From NCBI RefSeq assembly GCF_009914755.1, contig NC_060945.1: a DNA stretch of 64,000 bases. One strand, 5' to 3'. This document shows, one piece after another, positions 46,401 to 63,132 of the stretch. The translations under genes were made by a program, and so were the position numbers. A model generated the notes under the pieces. It was not told where the DNA came from. It ran no database searches and saw only the letters and a list, made by a program, of their open reading frames with translations. This stretch comes from the human T2T-CHM13v2.0 reference genome, Homo sapiens. Position 1 is the first letter of the stretch. Each line of letters begins with the position of its first letter.

Positions 46401-48693
46401 ATACTGTACAAAAAATATCAAAGTACCCAAAGCATGTATTATATACTGTACATAAAATATGAAAGTACATCAAATATATATTTTATTCTGTACATAAAAT
46501 ATCAAAGTACACCAGATATATATTCTATAGTGTACATAAAATATCAAAGTACCCAAACTATACATTATATACTGTAAATAAAATATGAGATTACATCAAA
46601 TATATATTATATTAGGTACATAAAATATGAAAGTACATCAACTATAGATTATATACTGTACATTAAATACCAAAGTACCCCAAATATATATTTTATACTG
46701 TACATGAAATATCAAAGTTCACAAACTATATATTATATACTGTACATAAAATATCAAAGTACCCAAGGTATATATTCTATACTGTACAAAAAATATCAAA
46801 GTACCCAAAGCATGTATTATATACTGTACCTAAAATATGAAAGTACATCAAATATATATTTTATTCTGTACATAAAATATCAAAGTACACCAGATATATA
46901 TTCTATAGTGTACATAAAATATGAAAGTACCCAAACTATACATTATATACTGTACATAAAATATGAAATTACATCAAATATATATTATATTAGGTACATA
47001 AAATATGAAAGTACATCAAATATAGATTATACACTGTACATAAAATATCAAAGTACCCAAAATATATATTATATACTCTACATGAAATATCAAAGTTCAC
47101 AAACTATATATTATATACTGTACATAAAATAAAGTCCCCAAGATATATATTCTATACTGTAGAAAAAATATCAAAGTACCCAAAGCATGTATTATATACT
47201 GTATATAAAATATGAAAGTACATCAAATATATATTTTATTCTGTACATAATATATCAAAGTACACCAGATATATATTCTATAGTGTACATAAAATAACAA
47301 AGTACAAAAACTATAAATTATATACTGTACATAAAATATGAAATTACATCAAATATATATTAGGTACATAAAATATGAAAGTACATCAAATATAGATTAT
47401 ATACTGTACATAAAATTTCAATGTACCCCAAATATATATTTTATACTCTACATGAAATATCAAAGTTCACAAACCATATATTATATACTGTACATAAAAT
47501 ATCAAAGTACCCAAGGTATATATTCTATACTATACAAAAAATACCAAAGTACCCAAAGCATGTATTATATACTGTACCTAAAATATGAATGTACATCAAA
47601 TATATATTTTATTCTGTACATAAAATATCAAAGTACACCAGATATATATTCTATAGTGTACACAAAATATCAAAGTACCCAAACTATACATTATATACTG
47701 TACATAAAATATGAAATTACATCAAATATATTTTATATTAGGTACATAAAATATGAAAGTACATCAAATATAGATTATATACTGTACATTAAATACCAAA
47801 GTACCCCAAATATATATTTTATAGTGTACATGAAATATCAAAGTTCACAAACTATATATTATATACTGTACATATAATATCAAAGTACCCAAGGTATATA
47901 TTCTATACTGTACAAAAAATAACAAAGTACCAAAAGCATGTATAATACACTGTACATAAAATATGAAAGTACATCAAATATATATTTTATTCTGTACATA
48001 AAATATCAAAGTACACCAGATATATATTCTATAGTGTACATAAAATATCAAAGTACCCAAACTATACATTATATACTGTAAATAAAATACGAAATTACAT
48101 CAAATATATTTTATATTAGGTACATAAAATATGAAAGTACATCAAATATAGATTATATACTGTACATAATATATCAAAGTAACCCAAATATATATTATAT
48201 ACTCTACATGAAATATCAAAGTTCACAAACAATATATTATATACTGTACATAAAATATCAAAGTACCCAAGGTATATATTCTATACTGCACAAAAAAATC
48301 AAAGTACCCAAAGCATGTATTATATACTGTATATAAAATATGAAAGTACATCAAATATATATTTTATTCTCTACATAATATATCAAAGTACACCAGATAT
48401 ATATTCTATAGTGTACATAAAATAACAAAGTACACAAACTATAAATTATATACTGTACATAAAATATGAAATTACATCAAATATATATTAGGTACATAAA
48501 ATATGAAAGTACATCAAATATAGATTATATACTGTACATAAAATATCAATGTACCCCAAATATATATTTTATACTCTACATGAAATATCAAATTTCACAA
48601 ACCATATATTATATACTGTACATAAATATCAAAGTACCCAAGGTATGTATTCTATACTGTACAAAAAATATCAAAGTACCCAAAGCATGTATT
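40416..48693 (+). repeat. Near-identical tandem duplication of about 3754 bp with a nested 749-bp duplication (observed offset 4503 bp)
   Basis: ORF pairs 40581/45084, 41709/46212, 42201/46704, 42835/47338 and 43963/48466 are offset 4503. The pair 43963/44712 is offset 749. Confidence 0.9.
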
Positions 48694-51600
48694 ATATACT
48701 GTACATAAAATATGAAAGTACATCAAATATATATTTTATTCTGTACATAAAATATCAAAGTACACCAGATATATATTCTATAGTGTACATAAAATATCAA
48801 AGTACCCAAACTATACATTATACACTGTACATAAAATATGAGATTACATCAAATATATATTAGGTACATTAAATATGAAAGTACATCAAATATAGATTAT
48901 ATACTGTACATAAAATATCAAAGTACCCCAAATATATATTATATACTCTACATGAAATATCAAAGTTCACAAACTATATATTATATACTGTACATAAAAT
49001 ATCAAAGTACCCAAGGTATATATTCTATACTGTACAAAAGATATCAAAGTACCCAAAGCATGTATTATATACTGTATATAAAATATGAAAGTACATTAAA
49101 TATATATTTTATTCTGTACATAAAATATCAAAGTACACCAGATATATATTCTATAGTGTACATAAAATAACAAAGTACACAAACTATACATTATATACTG
49201 TACATCAAATATGAAATTACATCAAATATATATTAGGTACATAAAATATGAAAGTGCATCAAATATAGATTATATACTGTACATAAAATATCAATGTACC
49301 CCAAATATATATTTTATACTCTACATGAAATATCAAAGTTCAAAAACCATATATTATATACTGTACATAAAATATCAAAGTACCCAAGTTATATATTCTA
49401 TACTGTACAAAAAATATCAAAGTACACAAAGCATGTATTATATACTGTACATAAAATATGAAAGTACATCAAATATATATTTTATTCTGTACATAAAATA
49501 TCAAAGTACACCAGATATATATTCTATAGTGTACATAAAATATCAAAATACCCAAACTATACATTATACACTGTACATAAAATATGAAATTACATCAAAT
49601 ATATATTATATTAGGTACATAAAATATGAAAGCACATCAAATATAGATTATATACTGAACATTAAATACCAAAGTACCCCAAATATATATTTTATACTGT
49701 ACATCAAATATCAAAGTTCACAAACTATATATTATATACTGTACATAAAATATCAAAGTACCCATGGTATATATTCTATACTGTACAAAAAATATCAAAG
49801 TACCCAAAGCATGTATTATATACTGTACATAAAATATGAAAGTACATCAAATATATATTTTATTCTGTATATAAAATATCAAAGTACACCAGATATATAT
49901 TCTATAGTGTACATAAAATATCAAAGTACCCAAACTATACATTATATACTGTACATAAAATATGAAATTACATCAAATATATATTATATTAGGTACATAA
50001 AATATGAAAGTACATCAAATATAGATTATATACTGTACATAAAACATCAAAGTACCCCAAATATATATTATATACTCTACATGAAATATCAAAGTTCACA
50101 AACTATATATTATATACTGTACATAAAATATCAAAGTACCCAAGGTATATATTCTATACTGTACAAAAAATATCAAAGTACCCAAAGCATATATTATATA
50201 CTGTACATAAAATATGAAAGTACATCAAATATATATTTTATTCTGTACATAAAATATCAAAGTACACCAGATATATATTCTATAGTGTACATAAAATAAC
50301 AAAGTACACAAACTATAAATTATATCCTGTACATAAAATATGAAATTACATCAAATATATTTTAGGTACATAAAATATGAAAGTACATTAAATATAGATT
50401 ATATACTGTACATATAATATCAATGTACCCCAAATATATATTTAATACTCTACATGAAATATCAAAGTTCACAATCCATACATTATATACTGTACATAAA
50501 ATATCAAAGTCCCCAAGGTATATATTCTATACTGTACAAAAAATATCAAAGTACCCAAAGCATGTATTATATACTGTACATAAAATATGAAATTACATCA
50601 AATATATATTATATTGGGTACATAAAATATGAAAGTACATCAAATATAGATTATATACTGTACATAAAATATCAAAGTACCCCAAATATATATTATATAC
50701 TGTATATGAAATATCAAAGTTCACAACTATATATTACATACTGTACATAAAATATCAAAGTACCCAATTTATATATTCTATACTGTACAAAAAATATCAA
50801 AGTACCCAAAGCATGTATTATATACTGTACATAAAATATGAAAGTACATCAAATATATATTTTATTCTGTACATAAAATATCAAAGTACAGAAGATATAT
50901 ATTCTATAGTGTACATAAAATATCAAAGTACCCAAACTATACATTATATACTGTACATAAAATATGAAATTACATCAAATATGTATTATATTAGGTACAT
51001 AAAATATGAAAGTACATGAAATATAGATTATATACTGTACATAAAATATCAAAGTACCACAAATTTATATTATATACTATATATGAAATATCAAAGTTCA
51101 CAAACTATATAGTATATACTGTACATAAAATATCAAAGTACCCAAGGTATATATTCTATAGTGTACAAAAAATATCAAAGTACCCAAAGCATGTATTATA
51201 TACTGTACATAAAATATAAAATTACATCAAATATATATTTTATTCTGTACATAAAATAGCAAAGTACACCAGATATATATACTATAGTGTACATAAAATA
51301 TCAAAGTACCCAAACTATACATTATACACTGTACATATAATATGAAATTACATCAAATATATATTAGGTACATAAAATATGAAAGTACATCAAATATAGA
51401 TTCTATACTGTACATATAATATCAATGTACCCCAAATATATATTTTATACTCTACATGAAATATCAAAGTTCACAAACCATATATTATATACTGTACATA
51501 AAATGTCAAAGTACCCAAGGTATATATTCTATACTGTACAAATAATATCAAAGTACCAAAAGCATGTATTATATACTGTACATAAAATATGAAAGTACAT

Positions 51601-54600
51601 CAAATATATATTTTATTCTGTACATAAAATATCAAAGTACACCAGATATATAATCTATAGTGTACATAAAATATCAAAGTACCCAAACTATACATTATAC
51701 ACTGTACATATAATATGAAATTACATCAAATATGTATTAGGTACATAAAATATGAAAGTACATCAAATATAGATTATATACTGTACATATAATACCAATG
51801 TACCACAAATATATATTTTATACTCTACATGAAATATCAAAGTTCACAAACCATATATTATATAATGTACATAAAATATCAAAGTACCCAAGGTATATAT
51901 TCTATACTGTACAAAACATATCAAAGTACCCAAACCATTTATTATATACTGTACATAAAATATGAAAGTACATCAAATATATATTTTATTCTGTACATAA
52001 AATATCAAAGTACACCAGATATATATTCTATAGTGTACATAAAATATCAAAGTACCCAAACTATACATTATATACTGTACATAAAATATGAAATTACATC
52101 AAATATATTTTATATTAGGTACATAAAATATGAAACTACATCAAATATAGATTATATACTGTACATTAAATACCAAAGTACCCCAAATATATATTTTATA
52201 CTGTACATGAAATATCAAAGTTCACACACTATATATTATATACTGTACATAAAATATCAAAGTAACCAAGGTATATATTCTATACTGTAGAAAAAATATC
52301 AAAGTACCCAAAGCATGTATTATATACTGTACATAAAATATGAAAGTACATCAAATATATATTTTATTCTGTACATAAAATATCAAAGTACACCAGATAT
52401 ATATTCTATAGTGTACATAAAATAACAAAGTACACAAACTATACATTATATACTGTACATAAAATATGAAATTACATCAAATATATATTAGGTACATAAA
52501 ATATGAAAGTACATCAAATATAGATTACATACTGTACATAAAATATCAATGTACCCCAAATATATATTTTATACTCTATATGAAATATCAAAGTTCACAA
52601 ACCATATATTATATACTGTACATAAAATATCAAAGTACCCAAGGTATATATTCTATACTATACAAAAAATATCAAAGTACCCAAAGCATGTGTTATATAC
52701 TGTACATAAAATATGAAAGTACATCAAATATATATTTTATTCTGTACATAAAATATCAAAGTACACCAGATATATATTCTATAGTGTACATAAAATATCA
52801 AAATACCCAAACTATACATTATATACTGTACATAAAATATGAGATTACATCAAATATATATTATATTAGGTACATAAAATATGAAAGTACATCAAATATA
52901 GATTATATACTGTACATAAAATATCAAAGTACCCCAAATATACATTATATACTCTACATGAAATATCAAAGTTCACAAACTATATATTATATACTGTACA
53001 TAAAATATCAAAGTACCCAAGGTATATATTCTATACTGTACAAAAAATATCAAAGTACCCAAAGCATGTATTATATACTGTATATAAAATAAGAAAGTAC
53101 ATTAAATATATATTTTATTCTGTACATAAAATATCAAAGTACACCAGATATATATTCTATAGTGTACATAAAATAACAAAGTACACAAACTATAAATTAT
53201 ATACTGTACATAAAATATGAAATTACATCAAATATATATTAGGTACATAAAATATGAAAGTACATCAAATATAGATTATATACTGTACATATAATATCAA
53301 TGTACCCCAAATATATATTTTATACTCTACATGAAATATCAAAGTTCACAAACCGTACATTATATACTGTACATAAAATATCAAAGTACCCAAGGTATAT
53401 ATTCTATACTGTACAAAAAATATCAAAGTACCCAAAGCATGTATTATATACTGTACATAAAATATGAAAGTACATCAAATATATATTTTATTCTGTACAT
53501 AAAATATCAAAGTACACCAGATATATATTCTATAGTGTACATAAAGTAACAAAGTACACAAACTATACATTATATACTGTACATAAAATATGAAATTACA
53601 TCAAATATATATCAGGTACATAAAATATGAAAGTACATCAAATATAGATTATATACTGTACATAAAATATCAATGGACCCCAAATATATATTTTATACTC
53701 TACATGAAATATGAAAGTTCACCAACCATATATTATATACTGTACATAAAATATCAAAGTACCCAATGTATATATTCTATACTATACAAAAAATATCAAA
53801 GTACCCAAAGCATGTATTATATACTGTACATAATATATGAAAGTACATCAAATATATATCTTATTCTGTACATAAAATATCAAAGTACCCAAACTATACA
53901 TTATATACTGTACATAAAATATGAAATTACATCAAATATATATTAGGTACATAAAATATGAAAGTACATCAAATATAGATTATATACTGTACATAAAATA
54001 TCAAAGTACCCCAAATATATATTATATACTCTACATGAAATATCAAAGTTCACAAACTATATATTATATACTGTACATATAATATGAAAGTACCCAAGGT
54101 ATATATTCTATACTGTACAAAAAATATCAAAGTACCAAAAGCATGTATTATATACTGTACATAAAATATGAAAGTACATTAAATATATATTTTATTCTGT
54201 ACATAAAATATCAAAGTACACCAGATATATATTCTATAGTGTACATAAAATAACAAAGTACACAAACTATAAATTATATACTGTACATAAAATATGAAAT
54301 TACATCAAATATATATTAGGTACATAAAATATGAAAGTACATCAAATATAGATTATATACTGTACATAAAATATCAAAGTACCCCAAATATATATTATAT
54401 AGTGTACATGAAATATCAAAGTTCACAACTATATATTATATACTGTACATAAAATATCAAAGTCCCCAAGGTATATATTCTATACTGTACAAAAAATATC
54501 AAAGTACCCAAAGCATGTATTATATACTGTACATAAAATATGAAAGTACATCAAATATATATTTTATTCTGTACATAAAATACCAAAGTACACCAGATAT

Positions 54601-57600
54601 ATATTCTATAGTGTACCTAAAATAACAAAGTACACAAACTATAAATTATATACTGTACATAAAATATGAAATTACATTAAATATATATTAGGTACATAAA
54701 ATATGAAAGTACATCAAATATAGATTATACACTGTACATAAAATATCAATGTACCCCAAATATATATTTTATACTCTACATGAAATATCAAAGTTCACAA
54801 ACTATATATTATATACTGTACATAAAATATCAAAGTACCCAAGGTATATATTCTATACTGTACAAAAAATATCAAAGTACCAAAAGCATGTATTATATAC
54901 TGTACATAAAATATGAAAGTACATCAAATATATATTTTATTCTGTACATAAATATGAAAGTACACCAGATATATATTCTATAGTGTACATAAAATATCAA
55001 AGTACCCAAACTATACATTATATACTGTACATAAAATATGAAATTACATCAAATATGTATTATATTAGGTACATAAAATATGAAAGTACATCAAATATAG
55101 ATTATATACTGTACATTAAATATCAAAGTACGCCAAATATATATTATATACTGTACATGAAATATCAAAATTCACAAACTATATATTATATACTGTACAT
55201 AAAATATCAAAGTACCTAAGGTATATATTCTATACTGTACAAAAAATATCAAAGTACCCAAAGCATGTATTATATACTGTATATAAAATATGAAAGTACA
55301 TCAAATATATATTTTATTCTGTACAGAAAATATCAAGGTACACCAGATATATATTCTATAGTGTACATAAAATAACAAAGTACACAAACTATAAATTATA
55401 TACTGTACATAAAATATGAAATTACATCAAATATATATTAGGTACATAAAATATGAAAGTACATCAAATATAGATTATATACTGTACATAAAATATCAAT
55501 GTACCCCAAATATATATTTTATATTCCACATGAAATATCAAAGTTCACAAACCATATATTATATACTGTACATAAAATATCAAAGTACCCAAGGTATACA
55601 TTCTATACTGCACAAAAAATATCAAAACCCAAAACATGTATTATATACTGTATATAAAATATGAAAGTACATCAAATATATATTTTATTCTGTACATAAA
55701 ATATCAAAGTACACCAGATATATATTCTATAGTGTACATAAAATAACAAAGTACACAAACTATAAATTATATACTGTACATAAAATATGAAATTACATCA
55801 AATATATATTAGGTACATAAAATATGAAAGTACATCAAATATAGATTATATACTGTACATAAAATATCAATGTACCCCAAATATATATTTTATACTCTAC
55901 ATGAAATATCAAATTTCACAAACCATATATTATATACTGTACATAAATATCAAAGTACCCAAGGTATGTATTCTATACTGTACAAAAAATATCAAAGTAC
56001 CCAAAGCATGTATTATATACTGTACATAAAATATGAAAGTACATCAAATATATATTTTATTCTGTACATAAAATATCAAAGTACACCAGATATATATTCT
56101 ATAGTGTACATAAAATATCAAAGTACCCAAACTATACATTATACACTGTACATAAAATATGAGATTACATCAAATATATATTAGGTACATTAAATATGAA
56201 AGTACATCAAATATAGATTATATACTGTACATAAAATATCAAAGTACCCCAAATATATATTATATACTCTACATGAAATATCAAAGTTCACAAACTATAT
56301 ATTATATACTGTACATAAAATATCAAAGTACCCAAGGTATATATTCTATACTGTACAAAAGATATCAAAGTACCCAAAGCATGTATTATATACTGTATAT
56401 AAAATATGAAAGTACATTAAATATATATTTTATTCTGTACATAAAATATCAAAGTACACCAGATATATATTCTATAGTGTACATAAAATAACAAAGTACA
56501 CAAACTATACATTATATACTGTACATCAAATATGAAATTACATCAAATATATATTAGGTACATAAAATATGAAAGTGCATCAAATATAGATTATATACTG
56601 TACATAAAATATCAATGTACCCCAAATATATATTTTATACTCTACATGAAATATCAAAGTTCAAAAACCATATATTATATACTGTACATAAAATATCAAA
56701 GTACCCAAGTTATATATTCTATACTGTACAAAAAATATCAAAGTACACAAAGCATGTATTATATACTGTACATAAAATATGAAAGTACATCAAATATATA
56801 TTTTATTCTGTACATAAAATATCAAAGTACACCAGATATATATTCTATAGTGTACATAAAATATCAAAATACCCAAACTATACATTATACACTGTACATA
56901 AAATATGAAATTACATCAAATATATATTATATTAGGTACATAAAATATGAAAGCACATCAAATATAGATTATATACTGAACATTAAATACCAAAGTACCC
57001 CAAATATATATTTTATACTGTACATCAAATATCAAAGTTCACAAACTATATATTATATACTGTACATAAAATATCAAAGTACCCATGGTATATATTCTAT
57101 ACTGTACAAAAAATATCAAAGTACCCAAAGCATGTATTATATACTGTACATAAAATATGAAAGTACATCAAATATATATTTTATTCTGTATATAAAATAT
57201 CAAAGTACACCAGATATATATTCTATAGTGTACATAAAATATCAAAGTACCCAAACTATACATTATATACTGTACATAAAATATGAAATTACATCAAATA
57301 TATATTATATTAGGTACATAAAATATGAAAGTACATCAAATATAGATTATATACTGTACATAAAACATCAAAGTACCCCAAATATATATTATATACTCTA
57401 CATGAAATATCAAAGTTCACAAACTATATATTATATACTGTACATAAAATATCAAAGTACCCAAGGTATATATTCTATACTGTACAAAAAATATCAAAGT
57501 ACCCAAAGCATATATTATATACTGTACATAAAATATGAAAGTACATCAAATATATATTTTATTCTGTACATAAAATATCAAAGTACACCAGATATATATT

Positions 57601-60600
57601 CTATAGTGTACATAAAATAACAAAGTACACAAACTATAAATTATATCCTGTACATAAAATATGAAATTACATCAAATATATTTTAGGTACATAAAATATG
57701 AAAGTACATTAAATATAGATTATATACTGTACATATAATATCAATGTACCCCAAATATATATTTAATACTCTACATGAAATATCAAAGTTCACAATCCAT
57801 ACATTATATACTGTACATAAAATATCAAAGTCCCCAAGGTATATATTCTATACTGTACAAAAAATATCAAAGTACCCAAAGCATGTATTATATACTGTAC
57901 ATAAAATATGAAATTACATCAAATATATATTATATTGGGTACATAAAATATGAAAGTACATCAAATATAGATTATATACTGTACATAAAATATCAAAGTA
58001 CCCCAAATATATATTATATACTGTATATGAAATATCAAAGTTCACAACTATATATTACATACTGTACATAAAATATCAAAGTACCCAATTTATATATTCT
58101 ATACTGTACAAAAAATATCAAAGTACCCAAAGCATGTATTATATACTGTACATAAAATATGAAAGTACATCAAATATATATTTTATTCTGTACATAAAAT
58201 ATCAAAGTACAGAAGATATATATTCTATAGTGTACATAAAATATCAAAGTACCCAAACTATACATTATATACTGTACATAAAATATGAAATTACATCAAA
58301 TATGTATTATATTAGGTACATAAAATATGAAAGTACATGAAATATAGATTATATACTGTACATAAAATATCAAAGTACCACAAATTTATATTATATACTA
58401 TATATGAAATATCAAAGTTCACAAACTATATAGTATATACTGTACATAAAATATCAAAGTACCCAAGGTATATATTCTATAGTGTACAAAAAATATCAAA
58501 GTACCCAAAGCATGTATTATATACTGTACATAAAATATAAAATTACATCAAATATATATTTTATTCTGTACATAAAATAGCAAAGTACACCAGATATATA
58601 TACTATAGTGTACATAAAATATCAAAGTACCCAAACTATACATTATACACTGTACATATAATATGAAATTACATCAAATATATATTAGGTACATAAAATA
58701 TGAAAGTACATCAAATATAGATTCTATACTGTACATATAATATCAATGTACCCCAAATATATATTTTATACTCTACATGAAATATCAAAGTTCACAAACC
58801 ATATATTATATACTGTACATAAAATGTCAAAGTACCCAAGGTATATATTCTATACTGTACAAATAATATCAAAGTACCAAAAGCATGTATTATATACTGT
58901 ACATAAAATATGAAAGTACATCAAATATATATTTTATTCTGTACATAAAATATCAAAGTACACCAGATATATAATCTATAGTGTACATAAAATATCAAAG
59001 TACCCAAACTATACATTATACACTGTACATATAATATGAAATTACATCAAATATGTATTAGGTACATAAAATATGAAAGTACATCAAATATAGATTATAT
59101 ACTGTACATATAATACCAATGTACCACAAATATATATTTTATACTCTACATGAAATATCAAAGTTCACAAACCATATATTATATAATGTACATAAAATAT
59201 CAAAGTACCCAAGGTATATATTCTATACTGTACAAAACATATCAAAGTACCCAAACCATTTATTATATACTGTACATAAAATATGAAAGTACATCAAATA
59301 TATATTTTATTCTGTACATAAAATATCAAAGTACACCAGATATATATTCTATAGTGTACATAAAATATCAAAGTACCCAAACTATACATTATATACTGTA
59401 CATAAAATATGAAATTACATCAAATATATTTTATATTAGGTACATAAAATATGAAACTACATCAAATATAGATTATATACTGTACATTAAATACCAAAGT
59501 ACCCCAAATATATATTTTATACTGTACATGAAATATCAAAGTTCACACACTATATATTATATACTGTACATAAAATATCAAAGTAACCAAGGTATATATT
59601 CTATACTGTACAAAAAATATCAAAGTACCCAAAGCATGTATTATATACTGTACATAAAATATGAAAGTACATCAAATATATATTTTATTCTGTACATAAA
59701 ATATCAAAGTACACCAGATATATATTCTATAGTGTACATAAAATAACAAAGTACACAAACTATACATTATATACTGTACATAAAATATGAAATTACATCA
59801 AATATATATTAGGTACATAAAATATGAAAGTACATCAAATATAGATTACATACTGTACATAAAATATCAATGTACCCCAAATATATATTTTATACTCTAT
59901 ATGAAATATCAAAGTTCACAAACCATATATTATATACTGTACATAAAATATCAAAGTACCCAAGGTATATATTCTATACTATACAAAAAATATCAAAGTA
60001 CCCAAAGCATGTGTTATATACTGTACATAAAATATGAAAGTACATCAAATATATATTTTATTCTGTACATAAAATATCAAAGTACACCAGATATATATTC
60101 TATAGTGTACATAAAATATCAAAATACCCAAACTATACATTATATACTGTACATAAAATATGAGATTACATCAAATATATATTATATTAGGTACATAAAA
60201 TATGAAAGTACATCAAATATAGATTATATACTGTACATAAAATATCAAAGTACCCCAAATATACATTATATACTCTACATGAAATATCAAAGTTCACAAA
60301 CTATATATTATATACTGTACATAAAATATCAAAGTACCCAAGGTATATATTCTATACTGTACAAAAAATATCAAAGTACCCAAAGCATGTATTATATACT
60401 GTATATAAAATAAGAAAGTACATTAAATATATATTTTATTCTGTACATAAAATATCAAAGTACACCAGATATATATTCTATAGTGTACATAAAATAACAA
60501 AGTACACAAACTATAAATTATATACTGTACATAAAATATGAAATTACATCAAATATATATTAGGTACATAAAATATGAAAGTACATCAAATATAGATTAT

Positions 60601-63132
60601 ATACTGTACATATAATATCAATGTACCCCAAATATATATTTTATACTCTACATGAAATATCAAAGTTCACAAACCGTACATTATATACTGTACATAAAAT
60701 ATCAAAGTACCCAAGGTATATATTCTATACTGTACAAAAAATATCAAAGTACCCAAAGCATGTATTATATACTGTACATAAAATATGAAAGTACATCAAA
60801 TATATATTTTATTCTGTACATAAAATATCAAAGTACACCAGATATATATTCTATAGTGTACATAAAGTAACAAAGTACACAAACTATACATTATATACTG
60901 TACATAAAATATGAAATTACATCAAATATATATCAGGTACATAAAATATGAAAGTACATCAAATATAGATTATATACTGTACATAAAATATCAATGGACC
61001 CCAAATATATATTTTATACTCTACATGAAATATGAAAGTTCACCAACCATATATTATATACTGTACATAAAATATCAAAGTACCCAATGTATATATTCTA
61101 TACTATACAAAAAATATCAAAGTACCCAAAGCATGTATTATATACTGTACATAATATATGAAAGTACATCAAATATATATCTTATTCTGTACATAAAATA
61201 TCAAAGTACCCAAACTATACATTATATACTGTACATAAAATATGAAATTACATCAAATATATATTAGGTACATAAAATATGAAAGTACATCAAATATAGA
61301 TTATATACTGTACATAAAATATCAAAGTACCCCAAATATATATTATATACTCTACATGAAATATCAAAGTTCACAAACTATATATTATATACTGTACATA
61401 TAATATGAAAGTACCCAAGGTATATATTCTATACTGTACAAAAAATATCAAAGTACCAAAAGCATGTATTATATACTGTACATAAAATATGAAAGTACAT
61501 TAAATATATATTTTATTCTGTACATAAAATATCAAAGTACACCAGATATATATTCTATAGTGTACATAAAATAACAAAGTACACAAACTATAAATTATAT
61601 ACTGTACATAAAATATGAAATTACATCAAATATATATTAGGTACATAAAATATGAAAGTACATCAAATATAGATTATATACTGTACATAAAATATCAAAG
61701 TACCCCAAATATATATTATATAGTGTACATGAAATATCAAAGTTCACAACTATATATTATATACTGTACATAAAATATCAAAGTCCCCAAGGTATATATT
61801 CTATACTGTACAAAAAATATCAAAGTACCCAAAGCATGTATTATATACTGTACATAAAATATGAAAGTACATCAAATATATATTTTATTCTGTACATAAA
61901 ATACCAAAGTACACCAGATATATATTCTATAGTGTACCTAAAATAACAAAGTACACAAACTATAAATTATATACTGTACATAAAATATGAAATTACATTA
62001 AATATATATTAGGTACATAAAATATGAAAGTACATCAAATATAGATTATACACTGTACATAAAATATCAATGTACCCCAAATATATATTTTATACTCTAC
62101 ATGAAATATCAAAGTTCACAAACTATATATTATATACTGTACATAAAATATCAAAGTACCCAAGGTATATATTCTATACTGTACAAAAAATATCAAAGTA
62201 CCAAAAGCATGTATTATATACTGTACATAAAATATGAAAGTACATCAAATATATATTTTATTCTGTACATAAATATGAAAGTACACCAGATATATATTCT
62301 ATAGTGTACATAAAATATCAAAGTACCCAAACTATACATTATATACTGTACATAAAATATGAAATTACATCAAATATGTATTATATTAGGTACATAAAAT
62401 ATGAAAGTACATCAAATATAGATTATATACTGTACATTAAATATCAAAGTACGCCAAATATATATTATATACTGTACATGAAATATCAAAATTCACAAAC
62501 TATATATTATATACTGTACATAAAATATCAAAGTACCTAAGGTATATATTCTATACTGTACAAAAAATATCAAAGTACCCAAAGCATGTATTATATACTG
62601 TATATAAAATATGAAAGTACATCAAATATATATTTTATTCTGTACAGAAAATATCAAGGTACACCAGATATATATTCTATAGTGTACATAAAATAACAAA
62701 GTACACAAACTATAAATTATATACTGTACATAAATTATGAAATTACATCAAATATATATTAGGTACATAAAATATGAAAGTACATCAAATATAGATTATA
62801 TACTGTACATAAAATATCAATGTACCCCAAATATATATTTTATATTCCACATGAAATATCAAAGTTCACAAACCATATATTATATACTGTACATAAAATA
62901 TCAAAGTACCCAAGGTATACATTCTATACTGCACAAAAAATATCAAAACCCAAAACATGTATTATATACTGTATATAAAATATGAAAGTACATCAAATAT
63001 ATATTTTATTCTGTACATAAAATATCAAAGTACACCAGATATATATTCTATAGTGTACATAAAATAACAAAGTACACAAACTATAAATTATATACTGTAC
63101 ATAAAATATGAAATTACATCAAATATATATTA
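48382..63132 (+). repeat. Near-identical tandem duplication, period 7321 bp (about 20 HOR units)
   Basis: Fourteen ORF pairs are offset exactly 7321 (48466/55787 through 55416/62737), and both copies carry the same monomer deletions. Confidence 0.94.
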
